A stretch of DNA of 59,748 nt, filler included, from Candidatus Desantisbacteria bacterium CG1_02_49_89 (GCA_001871075.1; 4 parts of 4 records of this genome joined end to end with filler, not necessarily neighbours in it); one strand, 5' to 3'; positions 19,368 through 29,506 are shown, numbered from the whole stretch's first letter. The notes: a model not told the origin generated them from the letters alone. A program made the numbers and translations.

Positions 19368-19465
19368 CAGTTTACATAGTTTACAGAGTGTATAGAGTTT
19401 GCAAAGGAACTGCTTTGTAAAAACAACTATGTAAACTGTGTAAACTTTATAAACTCTGTAAACTC
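19368..19465. repeat. AGTTTACAG/CTGTAAACT 9-mer hairpin element
   Basis: About 4 units in each arm; homologous to 35862-35981. Confidence 0.85.
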
Positions 19466-19506
19466 AATAGAATATTTTATAAAGAAAAGTACAAAAGGAG
19501 GGAAAG

Positions 19507-20124
19507 ATGAAAAAATTAATTGTGGTTTGCGCTGTGGCGGCAGTTTTTGCGGCTGGTGTGTGCAGGGCGGAGACGCTTAAGCTTTTTGACGAGGAAGACG
19601 GGTTCGTGGACCTGATCAGCCAGCACGCGGTGGATTCGGTTGTGGAGATAGAGGCAAAAGACGTGTTTGCCGGCAAAAAAGCGCTGAAGGTTACGCCTCA
19701 GCAGTCGTATATCGAGACCATTGACGGATGGGAATACCATATTACGGATAAACCGGGTAAGGGAGAGTTCCGCTACATTATGTTCGCCTGGAAAAAGCTG
19801 GGCGGGGAAGGCATAATGATCCAGTTCCCTGACAGCGGTCAGTGGGGAGGGGTTACGGAAGCGATCGTTGAACCGGGAGAACCATGCAGGAGGTATGTGG
19901 CAGGAGAAAATGTCGCGGGTTGGTCCTCGATCCAGATCGACAAGAATATTCCCGCGAAATGGACGCCGGTGATAAGGGACATGTACGCGGATTTCGGTGA
20001 GTTCATAATGACAGGCATCGCGTTCACCCCTTTTGACGGTGATGTGGGCTTGTGGGACTGCATATACCTGGGCACCACGAAGGACGAGCTTGTGAAGCTT
20101 GCGGACAAAATTAAAAACAAATAA
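19507..20124 (+). CDS. secreted hypothetical protein
   Basis: AGGAGG RBS, signal peptide (MKKLIVVCAVAAVFAAGVCRA), Trp-rich predicted beta domain. Confidence 0.7.
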   Translation: MKKLIVVCAVAAVFAAGVCRAETLKLFDEEDGFVDLISQHAVDSVVEIEAKDVFAGKKALKVTPQQSYIETIDGWEYHITDKPGKGEFRYIMFAWKKLGGEGIMIQFPDSGQWGGVTEAIVEPGEPCRRYVAGENVAGWSSIQIDKNIPAKWTPVIRDMYADFGEFIMTGIAFTPFDGDVGLWDCIYLGTTKDELVKLADKIKNK

Positions 20125-20129
20125 AAAAA

Positions 20130-20258
20130 CCGTCGAGCGTCATAAGCCGTACGTCTTACGTAAATACCGTCATCCGTCGTAGGTCTTACGTTTTAAGGAT
20201 TCATACGCAAGACGCTCGACGTTCGACGTGAAACGTACGACGTTCGACGTACGACGTG
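20130..20258. repeat. CGTCGTA/TACGACG heptamer element; direct-repeat partner of 24588-24686
   Basis: First ~84 nt match 24588 onward with a few mismatches. Confidence 0.9.
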
Positions 20259-20273
20259 AAAAAGAGAGGAACT

Positions 20274-21617
20274 GTGAAAATACTTCTAATTGCGCCGGGT
20301 CAGGATGAGAATTATGCGGGAAGGCTCGGATTTGCGTTCAAGTTCCCGCCGCTCGCGCTCGCGACTGTCGCGTCTCTTGTAAAGCCCGGTATCGAAGTCA
20401 GGATCCTGGACGAACACGTTGAGGCGATCAATTATGACGAAGGCGCGGACCTTGTGGGAATAAGCGCGATGACCGCGGTAGCGCCGAGGGCTTACAGGAT
20501 CGCGGACAAATTCCGCGCAAGGGGCACCAAGGTTGTGCTGGGCGGCGTGCACCCGTCAGTGGTTCCTGAGGAAGCGATACAGCACGCGGATGCCCTGGTC
20601 ATGGGAGAGGCAGAGGGATCCTTTCCCGGGCTGATAGAGGATTTTGAAAAAGGCAGGATGGAAAAGTTCTACTCCAATAAAGAAGTGCCTTCCCTTTCAG
20701 GGCTTCCGGAACCCAGGCGCGACCTTTATAAAAAAAAGGCCTATTTCGTGAAGAACTCTTTCCAGACAACCAGGGGCTGCCCTTATGACTGCTCGTTCTG
20801 TTCCGTGTCAGGCGTGTTCGGCAGGCAGTACCGGTCAAAGCCCGTTGAGGACGTGATAAGGTCGGTTGGATCGTCCAAAAGCGGTTTTGTCGGTTTTATT
20901 GACGACAACATCGCCGGTAACAAGAGGTACAGCAAGGACCTTTTCAGGGCGCTTGCCCCGCTTAAGGTCAGGTGGGCCGGCCAGTCTTCGGTTAACGCCG
21001 CGGAAGACGAAGAGCTGCTGGTGCTTCTTAAAAAAAGCGGGTGCGTGGGGCTTTTTATGGGTTTTGAGACTATTTCGCAGGGCAGCATGGGAGAGATAGG
21101 CAAGCACCAGAACAAGATAGAGGAGTTCAAAACGAACGTTAAAAAAATGCACGACCACGGGATCGTGGTCCTGGGCGCGTTCGTGTTCGGTTTTGACAGC
21201 GACGATAAGGACGTTTTCAAAAGGACCCTGGATTTTGTCTTTGATTCAAAGCTGGACCTGGCTCAGTTCAGCATACTGACGCCGCTGCCCGGAACAGCAG
21301 TGTTCAAGAAACTGTCCTCCGAGAACCGCATAATAGACACAGACTGGTCCAAATACGACATGACAAGGACCGTGTTCAAGCCGGCGCTTATGACCGCTGA
21401 CGAACTGCAGAAAGGCAGTATGTGGGCGTGGAGGGAGTTCTATTCCGCGGGTCCCATACTGAAAAGAATGACAAGGATGGATTTCCATTTCATATCAAGC
21501 ATCCCGTACTGGATCGTGCTGGCAATAATGAATTTCGGTTTCAAGGGAACCCTTGCCTTTAATGACGCCCTGAACAGGAAGTTCATAAAGGAAGGCAACG
21601 AAAGAGCGATCAGGTGA
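20274..21617 (+). CDS. cobalamin-binding (class B-like) radical SAM protein, paralogue 1
   Basis: GTG after AGAGG; PPLAL, LGGVH and GEAE (B12-binding domain); TTRGCPYDCSFC; DDN; TPLPGT. Confidence 0.88.
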   Translation: MKILLIAPGQDENYAGRLGFAFKFPPLALATVASLVKPGIEVRILDEHVEAINYDEGADLVGISAMTAVAPRAYRIADKFRARGTKVVLGGVHPSVVPEEAIQHADALVMGEAEGSFPGLIEDFEKGRMEKFYSNKEVPSLSGLPEPRRDLYKKKAYFVKNSFQTTRGCPYDCSFCSVSGVFGRQYRSKPVEDVIRSVGSSKSGFVGFIDDNIAGNKRYSKDLFRALAPLKVRWAGQSSVNAAEDEELLVLLKKSGCVGLFMGFETISQGSMGEIGKHQNKIEEFKTNVKKMHDHGIVVLGAFVFGFDSDDKDVFKRTLDFVFDSKLDLAQFSILTPLPGTAVFKKLSSENRIIDTDWSKYDMTRTVFKPALMTADELQKGSMWAWREFYSAGPILKRMTRMDFHFISSIPYWIVLAIMNFGFKGTLAFNDALNRKFIKEGNERAIR

Positions 21618-22261
21618 ACGGATTTATTTCTATCCTCGGTTTATTCGGGATGGGATTAGGCATAGGGCTGAGCGGGGCGCTGATCCCGGGCCCGCTCCTC
21701 GTATTCAACATAACGGAAACGCTCAAGCACGGCGCGAAGACAGGATTTCTGGTCATACTGGGCCATTTCTTCGTGGAGGTATGCGTATCGCTTCTTATAA
21801 TCTTCGGATTTTTAAAGTTCCTGCGATCGCCTGTTGTCGCGGGGGCCGTAGGGCTGGCAGGCGGGATCCTGCTTTTCCTGACCGGTATTTCTCTTTTAAG
21901 GCAGAAAGGGCTTAATGCCTTCGGGCCCGCGTCCGAAAAAAGCTACGGCCCGGTCCTGGGCGGGGTGATATTTACGGTTTTCAATCCTTCCTTCCCGCCG
22001 TGGTGGGCAGCAATCGGTTACAACATGCTGTGGCAGGGCATGCAGGCTGCGGGCGTAACAGGGCTTATCGCGATACTGGTTGGGCACTGGTGCTCTGATT
22101 TCGGATGGTACGCGCTTGTTTCTTTCACGGTTTCAAGGGGGAAGGATGTTATCCTGCGCGAAAAGGTATACCCCCTGCTTAAGACAGTGCTTGCGCTTTT
22201 TATGTTTTTCCTTGCAATCTATTTTATAATAAAAGCAGTCAACTGCTTTACTCCGCTGTAG
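21614..22261 (+). CDS. LysE family translocator
   Basis: GLSGALIPGP, GH, NP and WW motifs; about 6 TM helices. Confidence 0.85.
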   Translation: MNGFISILGLFGMGLGIGLSGALIPGPLLVFNITETLKHGAKTGFLVILGHFFVEVCVSLLIIFGFLKFLRSPVVAGAVGLAGGILLFLTGISLLRQKGLNAFGPASEKSYGPVLGGVIFTVFNPSFPPWWAAIGYNMLWQGMQAAGVTGLIAILVGHWCSDFGWYALVSFTVSRGKDVILREKVYPLLKTVLALFMFFLAIYFIIKAVNCFTPL

Positions 22262-22316
22262 CGCCCGCCTGGCGGGTTGCGGATCATACTGCGGTTGCCT
22301 GCGGATAGGAGGATGG

Positions 22317-23660
22317 ATGAGGATCTTGTTGATATCACCGGGCAAAGACGAGGATTACGCAAAGAGGATGGGGCTTGCTTTCAAGCTTCCGCCTCTGGGG
22401 ATAACCACAGTTGCGGGTCTGACAAAACCCGGCATAGACATAAGGCTTCTGGATGAGCAGGTGGAGGCAATAGATTTCAATGACGGGGCTGATATCGTGG
22501 GTATCAGCATGATGACCGCTGCCGCGCCCAGGGTTTACAGGCTTGCGGAGGAATTCCGCAGGCGCGGGGCAAAAGTAGTGCTGGGAGGGCCGCATGCCTC
22601 GGCGGTCCCGGAAGAGGCGGCGCAGCACTGCGACGCGGTGGTTGTCGGTGAGGCCGAGGGTTCATGGCCCAGGCTTATAGAGGATTTTGAAAAAGGAAAG
22701 CTTGAAAAAATTTATGCCAACGCGGAAAAACCCAGCCTTGCCGGGCTTCCTGAGCCCAGGCGCGACCTTTACAAAAAAAAGGCGTATTTAATTAAAAATA
22801 CCTTTCAGACAACAAGGGGCTGCCCTTACGCGTGTTCGTTTTGCTCTGTTTCCGGGGTATTCGGGGAACAGTACCGCTCAAAACCCGTGGAGGACGTAGT
22901 AAGGTCGATCGAAATAACGAAGGCCAGGTTCGCCGGCTTTATTGACGATAACATCTGCGGGAATAAAAAATACAGCAAGGAATTGTTCAAAGCCCTTATA
23001 CCGCTGCATGTAGGATGGATCGGCCAGGCTTCTGTCAACGCCGCCGAGGACCTGGAGCTGCTTCAGCTTGCGAAAAAAAGCGGGTGCGTCGGTCTTTTTA
23101 TGGGGTTTGAGACCCTTTCGCAGGGCAGCATGGGAGAGATCGGCAAGTCCCAGAACAAGATCGCGGCTTTCAAGGACAACATCAAGCGGCTTCACGATCA
23201 CGGCATAATAGTGCTGGGCGCTTTCGTTTTCGGGTTTGACAGCGACGACGTGGACGTGTTCAAGCGCACGGTGGATTTTATTTATGACGCAAAGCTTGAC
23301 CTCGCGCAGTTCACAAACCTTACACCCCTGCCCGGGACCCAGCTTCACAAGAAGCTTGCGGCAGAAAACCGCATCATAGACACCGACTGGAGGCATTATG
23401 ACACGGAAAGCGTGGTTTTCAAGCCCGCGCAGATGACCCCTGACCAGCTCTGGAACGGGACCGGATGGGCGTGGAATAATTTCTATTCCCGCGGCAACAT
23501 CTTAAGAAGAATGATGGGAATGAAATTTGACATAATACGCCTCGGGATGTATGTCGTTCCTCTTTTAATAATGAACTTTGGGTTCAAGAAAGCCCTTGAT
23601 TTTGATAACGTTGTCAAGAATACGTTTTTCAAGGACCCCGGCATCCGCAACAAAGATTAG
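22317..23660 (+). CDS. cobalamin-binding (class B-like) radical SAM protein, paralogue 2
   Basis: TTRGCPYACSFC; long stretches identical to paralogue 1. Confidence 0.88.
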   Translation: MRILLISPGKDEDYAKRMGLAFKLPPLGITTVAGLTKPGIDIRLLDEQVEAIDFNDGADIVGISMMTAAAPRVYRLAEEFRRRGAKVVLGGPHASAVPEEAAQHCDAVVVGEAEGSWPRLIEDFEKGKLEKIYANAEKPSLAGLPEPRRDLYKKKAYLIKNTFQTTRGCPYACSFCSVSGVFGEQYRSKPVEDVVRSIEITKARFAGFIDDNICGNKKYSKELFKALIPLHVGWIGQASVNAAEDLELLQLAKKSGCVGLFMGFETLSQGSMGEIGKSQNKIAAFKDNIKRLHDHGIIVLGAFVFGFDSDDVDVFKRTVDFIYDAKLDLAQFTNLTPLPGTQLHKKLAAENRIIDTDWRHYDTESVVFKPAQMTPDQLWNGTGWAWNNFYSRGNILRRMMGMKFDIIRLGMYVVPLLIMNFGFKKALDFDNVVKNTFFKDPGIRNKD

Positions 23661-23663
23661 CTG

Positions 23664-23875
23664 CCCGCCCCAAAGGGGCGAGGTCTCGCCCAGATTGAGA
23701 TCTGGGCGGAAAAGTAAAAGATTTCCACGAAATCACGAAAGTGTCACGAAAACACGAAATATGCTTTTATCTTGCTAATGACTCACGACAAATGCCTAAG
23801 GACTGTTTTTGTAACCACAGGTTAACACAGGTTAACACAGTAATACTTTTTACAGGGAATTTAAGAGAACTTAAA
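23664..23875. repeat. intergenic mosaic: GC double hairpin plus CACGAAA, ACTAATG and ACACAGGTTA arrays
   Basis: CCCGCCCCAAAGGGGCGAGGTCTCGCCC...GGGCGG (23664-23709) followed by tandem units. Confidence 0.8.
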
Positions 23876-23939
23876 AGTCAGTTTAAATTCTCGTCAGATC
23901 CCTGTTGAAAAATTGTGTATCATTGAAGTGAGGTGGAAG

Positions 23940-24581
23940 ATGAAGAACATGATTAAAATCAGTGTTGTGATCGGGTTGGCGCTGGTAATCCTGAATACCG
24001 GAATGGCAAAGGATCCCGTTTTCATTGATGATTTCAAAACCGACAAGCTGAATGAAAAGTGGGAGTGGGTTTGCCCTTCGGAAGGGCCTTCATATAAAAT
24101 TGACGCGAAAAAAGGCATTCTTATTTTCACTGTCCCTTCTGAGCAGACCTATGACCACTGGAGCCACATCGCGGCCGCTCCCCAGCTTGCCCTGAAAGTC
24201 CCGAAGGGGAACTGGACCTTTGAGGCAAAGATGAAACTGGCCGAGTCAACGGAAGGCCAGCAGTTCCACGCTGTTCTTTTCGTAAGGTTCGCTGACCTGG
24301 ACTATTTTTACTGGGGGCCGTATATGGGCACGAAACTGCGCCTTGAGCGGTCAGGGGCGAACGATATGCTTAACGCGGATTACGACTCCGACGAGGTCTG
24401 GCTGCAGATCAAAAAAGACGGTTCCTCGTATTCCTGGAGCTACAGGAAGACCGAGAAAGACAAGTGGGAGGAAGTGGGCACTGCCGCGGAGGAGCTTGAG
24501 CCGGAGAAGATCGGGTTTATGATCAAGACCTGGGGAGCGGCGGAAGTCACAGCCGAGTTCAGCTCCGTGAGGTTATACTGA
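23940..24581 (+). CDS. secreted ConA-like/DUF1349-type protein
   Basis: GAGGTGG RBS, signal peptide; DDF...L..KWEW, APQL and WLQIKKDG...YSWSY resemble beta-xylosidase C-terminal ConA-like folds. Confidence 0.6.
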   Translation: MKNMIKISVVIGLALVILNTGMAKDPVFIDDFKTDKLNEKWEWVCPSEGPSYKIDAKKGILIFTVPSEQTYDHWSHIAAAPQLALKVPKGNWTFEAKMKLAESTEGQQFHAVLFVRFADLDYFYWGPYMGTKLRLERSGANDMLNADYDSDEVWLQIKKDGSSYSWSYRKTEKDKWEEVGTAAEELEPEKIGFMIKTWGAAEVTAEFSSVRLY

Positions 24582-24587
24582 TAACCA

Positions 24588-24686
24588 CCGTCGAGCGTCG
24601 TAAGTCGTACGTCTTACGTAAATACCGTCATACGTCATAAGTCTTACGTTTCAAGGATTCATACGCACGACATACGACATACGACA
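24588..24686. repeat. CGTCGTA/TACGACA heptamer element
   Basis: Direct repeat of 20130-20215. Confidence 0.9.
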
Positions 24687-24700
24687 TAAAAGGAGCCATT

Positions 24701-25378
24701 ATGAAAATGGAAGAATTGAAACCTGGAGAAATCGATAAAATCCTGGAACACGCACCCATATGCTACATCCCCTGGGGGTCCCTGGAATGGCACGGTGTGC
24801 AGAACCCTATAGGCCTTGACACGCTCAAGGCGCATCAGCTCTGCCTTATGGCAGCGGAAAAAACCGGCGGAGTTGTCCACCCCCCTGTTTACTGCGGTTA
24901 TAACACGATGAAGCCGCACGCGGGATTTAAAAAGACCCTGGAAATGAACAAGGAAACAGTGCAGGTCCTTGCGCAGGACACGTTCGAGCAGTTATACGAC
25001 GAGGGATTCAGGATAATTTTCGTGCTGATGGGCCATTACGGCGGCGAGCACATGAAGGCGCTGAGGGAAGCCGGGTTTCTGTTCCAGGAAAAGCACAAGG
25101 ACGCGAAGATCCTGCTTTTTTCAGATGCGGAGATCGCCGCTGACAAGGGGATCGTGGGTGACCACGCTGCGGGATACGAAACTTCGCTTATGATGTATTT
25201 CAGCCCCCAGCTTGTGGATATAAAACTCCTCCCGAAGGACAGGCCGATAACGATAAAGGAAGACGGGATCGGCGGCCCGGTTGACCCCCGGAAATCCACA
25301 ATAGAAGAAGGCAGGCGGATAGCTGAAATCGTTGTAGAAGGTATGGTCGCCAGGGTGAAACAGTTGATAGGTGGATAA
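24701..25378 (+). CDS. creatininase family protein
   Basis: PWGSLEWHG, PIGLD, GHYG and DHAAGYETS metal-binding motifs. Confidence 0.88.
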   Translation: MKMEELKPGEIDKILEHAPICYIPWGSLEWHGVQNPIGLDTLKAHQLCLMAAEKTGGVVHPPVYCGYNTMKPHAGFKKTLEMNKETVQVLAQDTFEQLYDEGFRIIFVLMGHYGGEHMKALREAGFLFQEKHKDAKILLFSDAEIAADKGIVGDHAAGYETSLMMYFSPQLVDIKLLPKDRPITIKEDGIGGPVDPRKSTIEEGRRIAEIVVEGMVARVKQLIGG

Positions 25379-25590
25379 GTAGATAAGTGGATATGGGGTA
25401 ACGTAGGGCAAGGCTTTAGCCTTGCAAGTTGTAGGGGCTCAATTCATTGAGCCCGATATAGCGGTGCGACGTTCCGTCGCACTTTTTGCCTGCCCTGCGA
25501 AGCCTTGGCGTAGTAGGGTCATTGCGAGCATAGCGAAGCAATCTGTTTGTTAATCTGTGTAATCGTCATTTTAGAATCGGTGTAATCAGA
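25366..25590. repeat. stack of REP-like hairpins and 8-mer repeats
   Basis: GTGGATAA units; GTAGGGCAAGGCTTTAGCCTTGC (25403-25425, identical at 39168-39190); GTAGGGGCTCAATTCATTGAGCCC; AGCGGTGCGACGTTCCGTCGCAC; GTCATTGCGAG half-element. Confidence 0.85.
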
Positions 25591-25605
25591 ATAAAGGAAA
25601 TAAAA

Positions 25606-26622
25606 ATGAATTCTAAACGACAATTAACAAGGTATTTTTACAATCAATTTGATGAAATCGTAACAATGATTAAAGACGCAAGATACAATGCCATAAAAAA
25701 CGTAAATATTGAGTTAGTGAAACTATACTGGAAAATCGGCGAATATATCAGCAAAAAAATTGTATCGGCTGAATGGGGTGACGCTGTAGTTGACAATCTT
25801 GCCTTCTATATACAGACCAGACACCCTGAATATAAAGGATTTACCCGCCGAAGCTTGTATCGTATGCGCCAGTTTTATGAAATATATAATCAAAAGCAAT
25901 TTGTGTCAGCAGTGCTGACACAAATAAGTTGGACAAATCATTTACTCATTCTTTCTAAAACAAAATCAAAAGAAGAACGGGAATTTTATTTAGCGCTTTC
26001 AATAAAAGAAAGATATAGCTCCCGAGAACTTGAGCGTCAGATCGATTCTGGTTATTATGAGCGGGCAATCCTCTCAAAGAAAAAAGTGTCAGCATCGCTG
26101 ACACAAAAAGATTCAGATATAACCAGAGTATTTAAAGATACCTATGTTTTAGACTTTCTGAACCTTCCCGAAGTCCACACAGAGAAAGACCTTCAAAAAA
26201 GCATAGTAGGTAATCTTAAAGACTTTATTCTTGAATTCGGAAAAGATTTTGCCTTCATTGGACAGGAGTATCGAATACAGGTAGGCAAAAATGACTATTT
26301 CATTGACTTACTTTTTCTGCATCGCGGTCTCAAGTGTCTCGTGATGATTGAGTTGAAAATTGACGATTTTAAGCCTGAATATATTGGAAAATTAAATTTT
26401 TGCCTTGAAGTGCTTGACCGCGACATAAAAAAGCCCCATGAAAGCCCGAGTGTGGGCATAATTCTTTGCAAGTCAAAAGATAACGAAGTAGTTGAATATG
26501 CTCTTAGCAGAAATCTATCTCCAGCGCTTGTGGCTGAATATAAAACAAAACTTATACCTAAAAAAATACTTCAGAAGAAACTGCGTGAGTTTTTCCTTTT
26601 AAATGAATCACAGATTAAATAA
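25606..26622 (+). CDS. YhcG/DUF1016 PD-(D/E)XK nuclease-domain protein
   Basis: VNIELVKLYWKIG, MRQFY, SWTNH, KDTYVLDFL, IDLLF, IELK and GIILC motifs; AT-rich. Confidence 0.9.
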   Translation: MNSKRQLTRYFYNQFDEIVTMIKDARYNAIKNVNIELVKLYWKIGEYISKKIVSAEWGDAVVDNLAFYIQTRHPEYKGFTRRSLYRMRQFYEIYNQKQFVSAVLTQISWTNHLLILSKTKSKEEREFYLALSIKERYSSRELERQIDSGYYERAILSKKKVSASLTQKDSDITRVFKDTYVLDFLNLPEVHTEKDLQKSIVGNLKDFILEFGKDFAFIGQEYRIQVGKNDYFIDLLFLHRGLKCLVMIELKIDDFKPEYIGKLNFCLEVLDRDIKKPHESPSVGIILCKSKDNEVVEYALSRNLSPALVAEYKTKLIPKKILQKKLREFFLLNESQIK

Positions 26623-26632
26623 GGAAATATAA

Positions 26633-27754
26633 ATGAATAATAGGGAAAGATACCTGAAAACAGTACAGTTCCAGAAGCCTGACAGGTTTCCCCTGTACGA
26701 GCTGGGGATCTGGGGGCAGACCTACGAGCGGTGGATAAGCGAAGGCCTGAAAAAAGAAGAACTTGACGGGGATTGGTTCAGGGGCCAGCCGAAATTCGCG
26801 GGCCTTGACAAACACGAGTTCATAAGGCTCAATATGGGGCCTATTCCCGGGCTTGACAAAACCATTGAGGAGACAGACAGGTACGTTATTTTCATGGACG
26901 CCTGGGGCGAGACAAGGAAGGGCCTGAAAGAAGGCACTGTTATGGGGACCAGGCTTTCAATGGACACCTTCATGGATTTCTTCGTGAAAAAGCGCGAGGA
27001 TTTCCTTGAATTCAAAAAACACTTCAATCCGGATGATCCTGCCCGTTACCCGCAGAACTGGGAAGACGCTAAAAAGGAATGGAAGAACAGGGATTACCCC
27101 CTTAACCTTACCGAGAACTGCGGGTTCGCGGGGTTATACTGGAATATGCGGCAGATGATGGGAACCGAGCGCCTGTCAATGGCTTTCTTTGACCAACCGG
27201 AACTCGTCCATGAGATACTGGATTTCATGGTGGATTTCTTCATTAAGCTTACTAAAAAAGCCCTTATAGAAACAGACATCGACGCGTTCTGCTTTAACGA
27301 GGATTTCGCGTTCAAGAACGGGCCGCTTATCTCGCCGAAGATCTACAAAGAGTTTTTCCTCCCGAGGCATAAAAAGATAATAGGATTCCTGAAAAAAAAC
27401 GGCGTGCAGGTGGTCGAGATGGACAGCGACGGCAATACCGAAGTCCTCATACCGCTGATGATCGAGGCAGGTGTGAACCTGATATGGCCTCTTGAAGCCG
27501 CGGCAAACATGGACCCGGTAAAAATAAGGAAGGAATACGGGAAAGACCTGGCATTCTCAGGCGGCATAGACAAGCGTGAGCTGGCGAAGGACAGGAAGGC
27601 GATCGACGCGGAACTGAAGAAAAAGATCGTTCCCCTGCTCGAGACCGGCGGGTACATCCCCACTGTTGACCACACCATACCACCGGAGATTTCACTGGAG
27701 AACTTTAAATATTATTTAGATTTAAAGTGTAAAATCGCCAAAGGAAAATGCTAA
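26633..27754 (+). CDS. uroporphyrinogen decarboxylase (URO-D/MtaA-CmuA) fold protein
   Basis: RERYL, EDFAFKNGPLISP, DSDG, PLE, GGIDKR and GGYIPTVDH motifs. Confidence 0.82.
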   Translation: MNNRERYLKTVQFQKPDRFPLYELGIWGQTYERWISEGLKKEELDGDWFRGQPKFAGLDKHEFIRLNMGPIPGLDKTIEETDRYVIFMDAWGETRKGLKEGTVMGTRLSMDTFMDFFVKKREDFLEFKKHFNPDDPARYPQNWEDAKKEWKNRDYPLNLTENCGFAGLYWNMRQMMGTERLSMAFFDQPELVHEILDFMVDFFIKLTKKALIETDIDAFCFNEDFAFKNGPLISPKIYKEFFLPRHKKIIGFLKKNGVQVVEMDSDGNTEVLIPLMIEAGVNLIWPLEAAANMDPVKIRKEYGKDLAFSGGIDKRELAKDRKAIDAELKKKIVPLLETGGYIPTVDHTIPPEISLENFKYYLDLKCKIAKGKC

Positions 27755-27777
27755 CTACAAAGGCATAAAATAGATGG

Positions 27778-27923
27778 AACCACACGATTACACAAGATTA
27801 GCACTTGATTTCAAGTTAAGCTGTCATTGCGAACGATAGTGAAGCAATCCAGATTTTAGATTGCTTCGTCGTTTCACTTCTCGCAATGACATTTCTCGTG
27901 AAAATCTGTGAAATCGCGTGGTA
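27778..27923. repeat. AACCAC...GTGGT 10/11-mer hairpin with a nested GTCATTGCGA palindrome
   Basis: Arms 27778-27811 and about 27895-27923 enclose the REP-like element at 27822-27891. Confidence 0.75.
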
Positions 27924-28068
27924 AAAAAATTTAATTCAATATTCAAGGTCTGACACTCAATTTTTTACGCCCCAGACCACACTTTTATGAGGGGGTCAAT
28001 ATCTTTACACCCCTTCCCATTTTCAGTTTTTCACGACGACAAATTTCTTTTGAAAGGAGAAATTACTT

Positions 28069-28596
28069 ATGAAAAAATTTGCTACTGTAATAATGCTGTG
28101 CTTGGCGGGATTAACCCTGATCTGTGGCTGCATGAAAACAAGCACAGATTCTTGGAGGGTTTTTAGTTTAGCAGCAAATCATTTTAAAGTTTCTTTCCCA
28201 AACGAAGTTAAGAAAGTTGGTAGCGGAGCAACTGTTCAGTATATAAGTAAGAATTCTCTAGGTAATTTGTATGCCGCTCAGCGATTTGTTCCAGAAATAG
28301 AGACAATAAGGGGGCAAAGTTCTAAGGATATGTTGCGAACCGCAATAAAAGTTCTCGTCATGAAACATAATATTAAGTTGGACGAAACAACCTATACTGA
28401 ATATCTTAGAGAAACTGTTGCTGTTGATTTTTCGGGTCAAATAACTAATCAGCCATCCGCTGATAGACCATTCAAGGGCAAAATTATTTTAGATAATAAT
28501 TCATTTTACTATATTTATTCAATTCTCAAGACAAATAATCAAAAGAATCTAGAAAATTATGAAAAATTTGTAAGGTCGTTTCAGATTACCGAATAA
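28069..28596 (+). CDS. putative lipoprotein (AT-rich)
   Basis: AAGGAG RBS; signal peptide with lipobox-like LICGC; FKVSFP and FVRSF resemble PsbP/DcrB-like folds. Confidence 0.6.
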   Translation: MKKFATVIMLCLAGLTLICGCMKTSTDSWRVFSLAANHFKVSFPNEVKKVGSGATVQYISKNSLGNLYAAQRFVPEIETIRGQSSKDMLRTAIKVLVMKHNIKLDETTYTEYLRETVAVDFSGQITNQPSADRPFKGKIILDNNSFYYIYSILKTNNQKNLENYEKFVRSFQITE

Positions 28597-28695
28597 AAAA
28601 TTAATGAGAATAATAATGTAAATTGTAAAGCAAAACACAAACTTAAACTTTCCGAAATCGTCAGACGTGCATCAGACAAATCCCTCGAGGATAAA

Positions 28696-29256
28696 ATGAA
28701 TATATTTTTAGACACAAATATTATAATTGAGGCTGGGGCCAGAAAAGAGCATCATGACCTTATTGCTTTGGCAAAGAAAGGTATCATAAATCTCTTTATA
28801 AGCTTGGATATACTTGGCGAACAAAAGTATAGACAGCTTTTATGGTTTTATAATAAAAACTCTCTGGGAAAGTTAGAACAAATAGAAGAGAATGATAAAA
28901 AAGAGTGGAAATTTTGGCAAGAAGTCAATTTTGAGAGTGCTGACGATTGTTCTTTTAGTAAATTAGTTGATTACTCACTAAATAAAACAGAAGAAGAAAT
29001 TTTAAAATTTGACAATAAAGGGGAATATCAGTTGCTTGATGAGCTAAAAATGAAATTTAAAATTAAAGACAAAGATTCAATAAATATAATGGTTGCGCAT
29101 AGTGCAAACATGGATTATTTTTTAACGTGGGATAATGATTTGATAAAAAAGACTAAACAAGTTTTGTGGTTAAAACCAAAAGTAGCTACTCCTTTTGATT
29201 TTATTCAAACGATGAGTAAACGTCTCCCGAAAAACTATACCCCTTGCAATTTATAA
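28696..29256 (+). CDS. PIN-domain protein (AT-rich)
   Basis: IFLDTNII at the N-terminus; D...A...DYFLTWDNDL C-terminal PIN motif. Confidence 0.75.
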   Translation: MNIFLDTNIIIEAGARKEHHDLIALAKKGIINLFISLDILGEQKYRQLLWFYNKNSLGKLEQIEENDKKEWKFWQEVNFESADDCSFSKLVDYSLNKTEEEILKFDNKGEYQLLDELKMKFKIKDKDSINIMVAHSANMDYFLTWDNDLIKKTKQVLWLKPKVATPFDFIQTMSKRLPKNYTPCNL

Positions 29257-29506
29257 TGGGGGGCGGTTCTATTTATTTTTACAAAAATAGAGGCAGCGCC
29301 TGTTTTTAAAACGATCCATATACCATCCTCCTACGCTTAACTCCGGGAACGGTTCTATTCAGTTAGAGAAGTAGAGACAGTGCCGCTGAACCATTTTGAT
29401 TTTATAATTCAAATTTTTTTATGATTTTGTGTTTTCGTGAAGATTTTATCCGTATGCATCCGTTCTGTTAATCCGTATGCATCAGTATAAACAGAAAGGA
29501 GAAAAG

